Assembly: GCA_052426225.1 (NCBI GenBank)
Contig: JBNJNM010000011.1
Span: 4,278,001-4,342,000, forward strand
Direction: 5' to 3'
Length of the DNA stretch: 64,000 bases
Origin: Zancudomyces culisetae HAW-14-8
Lineage: Eukaryota > Fungi > Kickxellomycota
In this document: piece by piece, positions 58,544 through 64,000 of the stretch
Numbering within the stretch: the first letter of the stretch is position 1
Layout: each line of letters starts with the position of its first letter
The notes under the pieces: model-generated
Seen by the model: only the letters and a program-made list of their open reading frames with translations
Databases searched by the model: none
What the model was told of the DNA's origin: nothing
Position numbers and translations under genes: made by a program

Positions 58544-59309
58544 GCTATCTTCTACTATTACATCTATACCTATCCTTTTCGGATTTTATATCTGTGTTTA
58601 TGTATATTGCTGGGGTTTATATGAGCTTTAATGTTGTGTTTTTTCCCATTGTGATTTTCTGAAATTTTGTTTTGTTTGTTTATAATTTTCCCTTTTTTTA
58701 ACTTTTTTTTTGCCACTCACATTTTTGTTTTAATTGACCCAAAAACAATAATAATATAAAAACCGCATAGTTGCTTCAACATCTCGCCAAAGATTAGAAC
58801 GGAAAAAGCCATAATGCATTCAGAATACCACACTGAATTTATATATCCTATTAGTCCTATTCAAACCCAGTTACATTTTAAAGTATTTTTACGCTTTCTT
58901 TATTTGTAAAAGGTAATAGCTCAGAGCACAAAATCCACACTATAAATAATACTACACAAACATCCCAACTCCTCATATCTGCACCCCTTCTTCAAACAAA
59001 GCATTATCTTCCTACCTTGTATATGTTGTGCTTCCAAGCTATTATTGCCACATATGTGTGTTTTTTCAACGTATGCATATGAGAGAGATGTGTTATGTAG
59101 TTTTATACTAAGCGCAATACGTTTTATAACCAGCACACAATAATCATAATACTTTTAATTAAAGTTTGAGTTTCTAGACCTTCAATAAGTAATTTTAAGA
59201 AATTTATAATAAAATACTATAATTGCTATATTAATAGCGATAGAAAATCTATTTTCTAAATAATAATAAAATAAGTTGCTTGAGTTTAAATTAATATACT
59301 CATAATCCT

Positions 59310-62300
59310 TTATTGACAAGGGAAGAGAGTCTTTGGAATAGTGTGTGTAACTGTAATAGGAACTGTGACAAACGATGTCTTTTTTCGGCTATTCGTACTA
59401 GTATTGGTAACAGTGAAAGTAACATGCACTTTGTCAGTACATTTTGGTTTGACAATTGAGGTGATAGTACTATAGTTGGTCTCAACGTTTATTACTGAGA
59501 TTGTTACACTCTTGGTCGTGTAGAGAGTTGTTGGGACAATGGTAGAGATGTTTTCAACTAGAACATTACGGGTAAGCACAGTGTTAGTTACACGCGATTG
59601 AGCAGTGGTACTTGTGGTAGTGGTGGTAAGAGTATCAGTAGTTGTGCTGGTTGTAATGGTTGAAGTTGAAGTGGTGGGGATAGTTGAATCTAGTGTTATA
59701 TATCTATCTACTATCACTGTTCTGATAACAATACTTGTTCCTCCAAACTTTGGAATTATGGTTGTTGAGATGGCTTGAACAGAAGATGTCAGTGTGGTTG
59801 TACTTCTCGCGGTTCTAGTATTTGTAGAAACAGACGTTGTAGTTACAGTTGCTATGTATGAAGCACATTCCTTAACACTTTTAGTAAACGTTTGAGTTAC
59901 TACTTTGGTCTTTGAAACCGTCTTTGTTTTTGTAGATGTAGCAGTATTATAAATAAACGCAACATCTGTGCGTGTGGTTGACACAACAATAGGTTGAGTG
60001 CTGTAAACGGTGGTTTTTGAAGTAGATGTGCTTGTACTAACTGTGGTTACTGGAATTCGGGTTGTTGTAGTGGTTGTCTGCCCGGAAACTAGCATTCTTG
60101 TAGTGGTAGTGATGACGCTTCTTGTCTTTGTTTCTACAGCTGATATTGTAGTTGTGGAGAGTACGCTTGATGTTGTTGATACTGTTAGACGGCTCTTTGA
60201 TGTTACACTTGCAACAGTAGTAACTGCTGTACCCTTGGTGGTATTGATAGTTTGTGTAATCTTTTGTGTCACATTCAAAATACTGGTTTGCGTTATGGTT
60301 TTGGTACTTGTAGTAGTCATTGGAACATTGATTGTAACTGTACGTGTAGAAGAGTTTGTGCTACGTACTGTGCTAGTGGTGGTACTTATAGGCCTGGTAT
60401 ATATTGTAACAGTCACCGATACACCGCTGGTTACTGTAGCGGTTTTTGTTGTTGTGGATGTATCAGTTCTAGTTCTTGTGAGTGTAGTCGTTGTCATTGA
60501 TGTTGATTGGATACCACTTGTCTTTGTTGTTGTCTGAACTGATGTGACGTAGCCGGTAGAGATAATGTTAACCAAATTGGTTAGTGTCGTGGTTGTAGTT
60601 AGTTGTTCAATGTGTACTGGGCAACGTCCCGTGGTCTGGAACGCCGTGCTTGTTTCTGTAATCCAGTCTGTAAAGGTAGAAGAAATATTGGATGTCTTGG
60701 TTTTGGTTTTTGTTTTGATGATTGTTGTTGTCACTGTTTCCGTACCTGTAACTACTACTGTTACACCAGTTGATCTTGTCATAGTTGACTGAGGATAACA
60801 CTTGCTGTACTTGCCGTTGTTTTTTCTAAAGGCTCTGCGAAGTTGGCGTAGCTCTCTCTGTTTCTTCCTAAGACTCTCCTCAAACTCCACTCGTATTTTT
60901 TCCATTTCCTCTTCAAATTTGGCTCTTAGTTCTTCAAGTGAGTTTAACTTGCGCCATTTACCTTTTCTTACTGTTGTGAGTGGTGATGGTGATGGTGATG
61001 GTGATGGTGATGATGATGATGATTTTCCTGGGAATGTTATTGTTGGTGGTGGTATTCCGATACTTGTTGTGGTTTCTCGTGGTTCCATTGTTGAAATTGG
61101 CGTCGCTAATGGTAGTGCTAGTTCTCTCACAGCAATAGATGGAAGAGGCGTGGTTGAGCTAGTCTTAGCTACCAGTGATGAAGATGTGCTTCTGCGTCGG
61201 AATGTTATCTTTGGTGGTGGTATTCCAATTCGTGGTATATTTTTTGAAACTCGGGATGCTGGCGGTGGCACTGCTGCTCTAGCTGCAGCAGATGAAGGAA
61301 GTGTAATAGTAGCTGAACTAGGTTTAGCTACCAGTGATGAAGATGTGCTTCTGCGTCGGAACTTTATCTTTGGTGGTGGTATTCCAATTCGTGGTATAGT
61401 TTTTGAAACTGGGGATGCTGGCAGTGGCACTGCTGCTCTAGCTGCAGCACGTGGAGGAGGTGCAGTAGTGGTTGAACTAGACTTGGCTGCTGATGATGAA
61501 AATGCGCTTCTGCGTCGGAACTTTATCTTTGGTGGTGGTATCCCGATGCGTGATGTAACTTTTGAAACTGGGGATGCTGGCGGTGGCACTGCTGCTCTAG
61601 CTGCAGCAAGCGGAGGAGGTGCAGTAGTGATTGAACTAGGCTTGGCTGCTGATGATGAAGATGCGCCTCTACGTCGGAACCACACTTTCGGCTGCTGTAT
61701 TCCGGCGCGTGATGCAGCTTTTGAGTTAGGTGACGCTGCTGATGAAGATACGCCTCTACGTCGGAACCACACTTTCGGCTGCTGTATTCCGGCGCGTGAT
61801 GCAGCTTTTGAGTTAGGTGACGCTGCTGATGAAGATACGCCTCTACGTCGGAACCACACTTTCGGCTGCTGTATTCCGGCGCGTGATGCAGCTTTTGAGT
61901 TAAGTGATGCTGCTGATGAAGATACGCCTCTACGTCGGAACCATACTTTTGGCTGCTGTATTCCAGCAGCTTTCATTTCAGCATGCGTCTCTCCTTTATT
62001 TTCTATGGCGCTTGCATCTAGGTTTAGTACTTTTTCAGCTCCTATTTTATTAGCAAGGATATTCACTAAATAAACTCATCTTAACGTAGATATAATTCAG
62101 CTAATTTACATATTTTTATCTTGTACACTTGTAAACACTTTTCTTTTGTTATCATTCTAGGCCTACGACCTTAATATTATAAAAAAGTTTTTAATCCAGC
62201 ATCACAATCATTACCTTCACTCATAGTCCCATCACTTGCACGTTTATTATTTTTAATGTTAGTATCCTTACTATCAATATATTCTCTCCCCCATTCTGCG

Positions 62301-62566
62301 TATCCACTTTTAGAATCTTTTATACTGTCAAGTATTTTTTTACTCGCTTCGATGGAATGACTGTTTTCTTTGTGTAATCCAGACTCAGACGATGCTGATT
62401 TTTGACTGTTAGACCATTGATTGTTGTTTATATTCCCCTGGACACTATTAAGACTATCTTTAAGATTATGTTTATCTAGCTCGCTAGAACTTGCTAGCGT
62501 TGTTGTTGAACATATTATTAGGGCAGTTGCAAGTACTTTCCCAAAACTAACTGTATTCGGCTTCAT
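59310..62566 (-). CDS. Large secreted protein (~1035 aa): signal peptide, FRRR-containing cationic repeats, coiled coil, Thr-rich stalk; exons 62566-62215, 62065-59310
   Basis: Track ORFs 62177..62566 and 59310..62066 join in frame through a GTAATG..TTTAG intron (G+TG=Val). The N-terminus MKPNTVSFGKVLATALIICSTTTLA is signal-peptide-like. Confidence 0.8.
61030..61970 (-). repeat. Coding tandem repeats: 87-bp (29-aa) units followed by 159-bp (53-aa) units
   Basis: The (A/G)CGTCGGAA anchor (reverse complement of the FRR codons) occurs at 61932, 61845, 61758 and 61671 (period 87), then 61512, 61353 and 61194 (period 159). A degenerate eighth unit lacks RRR. Confidence 0.95.
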
Positions 62567-64000
62567 GATTTATTGCAGTAATACTATCAATATTCAATTT
62601 CAATATTTAAGAATCCCGGATTTGTCTTTGTCTGTATTACAAGCAATTACCAGGTAGAGGAACACTGATGTGCTGAGAAAGGTTAGTACGTTTTATGTTC
62701 TGAATATACCTATCCTCTCGAGTATTTACTGCTATTATTGTAAGTATAATGAGCGATTACTTTCTTTTGGTGTTTTTAACCAAGTACAGTCATATAGATT
62801 ATTTCAATACTAAAGAGAGATGATATTTAAAAAAAGTATGAGAAGGAATGAAAGGAAGAAAGGAGAATATATATTGATTAACAGTGTTGTGAGTATTTGA
62901 ACTTTTGAGTAAAGTCCGCTAAAAAAACTGGATAAGCCTTTCAAATTTTTAATAATTATATTGATCAGCAAGGTTGCCTTTATAACCCAACCAATTTACT
63001 GTTTAGACTCTAGATATGTTGGTTGGTCTCGCTATAAGATATACCCACTACCCTTGCACATTCCTTTTTGTATGCATATGAGCAGTTTATCATTCTGTGA
63101 CAAAAAAACTAGCACGAAGGTTACTGGACCTTGTGTTAGCTATAAATGATATGATAGGATTTGCAATTCTTTTTTTAAATTATGTTACAAAGTATCCTAA
63201 AGTTGCTGAGCACAGTGGCGATACCCCCCTAACCCTCTTCGTTATTACCAAGGAAAAGTTCTCTAGAAACTACTTTTTAATATAACGTGAGCATTAGACA
63301 TAATACATATAACCTTTAAAACATACTAGTGCAGAAACAAAGCAGATCAAAGTTTTTTTTCAAAAAAAAGCTGTTTAAAACGACATTTGCCTATAAAGTC
63401 TTTATTATGCATGTTCCAGGACATAACCCACATACTTTAATATTGTTGCGAGATTCTAGTTCATTTACTTTTTTAAAATACACATAAATTGTTGATCAAA
63501 ATTCCAAATCTGCAAATTCTATTTGCTATATGGCTCTGCTTTTTTTTTGCCTCCCCTTAATATCCCACCTGTCAAAAAATGGGATTTATTATAAAAGTTC
63601 TTTTTCATTCACAAAAACAGTAAGACTAGGCTGGGCTGAACTGGACAATAGAACTGAAAAGTTCAATAGTCTTGAATCATATGTTTAAAGCTACATTTAA
63701 CTTAAAGGTTACCCCAATATCTAGTACCCAAAAACATGTTCTTTACATTCAAGTATTTTCATTATAGTTCGCCGTCATAATTATGTAGGCTAAACTGGTT
63801 TGATCAACTCAAATGCGGTTGTAGCTTTGAATGCGTTTGCACACGCTTGCACCATTAGAGACAGAGAAGTGAAAAAATGTAGTATTTTGTAAATCTTGTG
63901 GAGTTATGAGCTAGGCCCAGCTATAGACCCACATACACATTAAGTTGACAAGTTTCAATTTATACCAATTCTTTTTTTGCCATGGATATTTCCAATAACT

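Noticed and set aside
60802-62073. 423-aa plus-strand ORF with repeated LRRNHTFGCCIP, and ORFs 60010..60537 and 60565..60792
   Set aside because: Antisense shadows of the repetitive, low-complexity minus-strand gene. They have non-ATG starts, and the minus frame has the signal peptide, the intron and a much longer ORF.

Overview
AT-rich, intron-containing eukaryotic DNA from a fungus. The gene style (short GT-AG introns, GT69, an orphan Fungal_trans protein, Thr-rich secreted repeat proteins) suggests an early-diverging lineage, possibly Kickxellomycotina/Harpellales insect-gut fungi; this taxonomy is inference only. About 23 protein-coding genes are supported. A housekeeping set comprises CCT8, PDA1, TPT1, UNG1, an OCA6-like pseudophosphatase, an LSH/HELLS-type SNF2 ATPase, RPB4, LSM3, a NUDT19-like Nudix, FCP1 and HID1/ECM30; I rebuilt their exon structures by hand. 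An accessory middle block (25-46 kb) holds a Fungal_trans protein with no Zn-cluster, two scramblase-like paralogs, a Firmicutes-like GH3 NagZ beta-N-acetylglucosaminidase convergent with a YteT-type oxidoreductase, and a GT69 mannosyltransferase; a tandem DUF1295 pair follows at 46.7-50 kb. Secreted repeat proteins sit at both ends of the window. The best leads are (1) the probably horizontally acquired, secreted NagZ with a cluster of Ndt80-type CRCAAA sites upstream, and (2) a 1035-aa secreted protein with seven FRRR-punctuated cationic repeats followed by a coiled coil and a Thr-rich stalk. No intact tRNA, rRNA, transposon or CRISPR array was recognised. Family assignments come from motif recognition and recall, not database searches.
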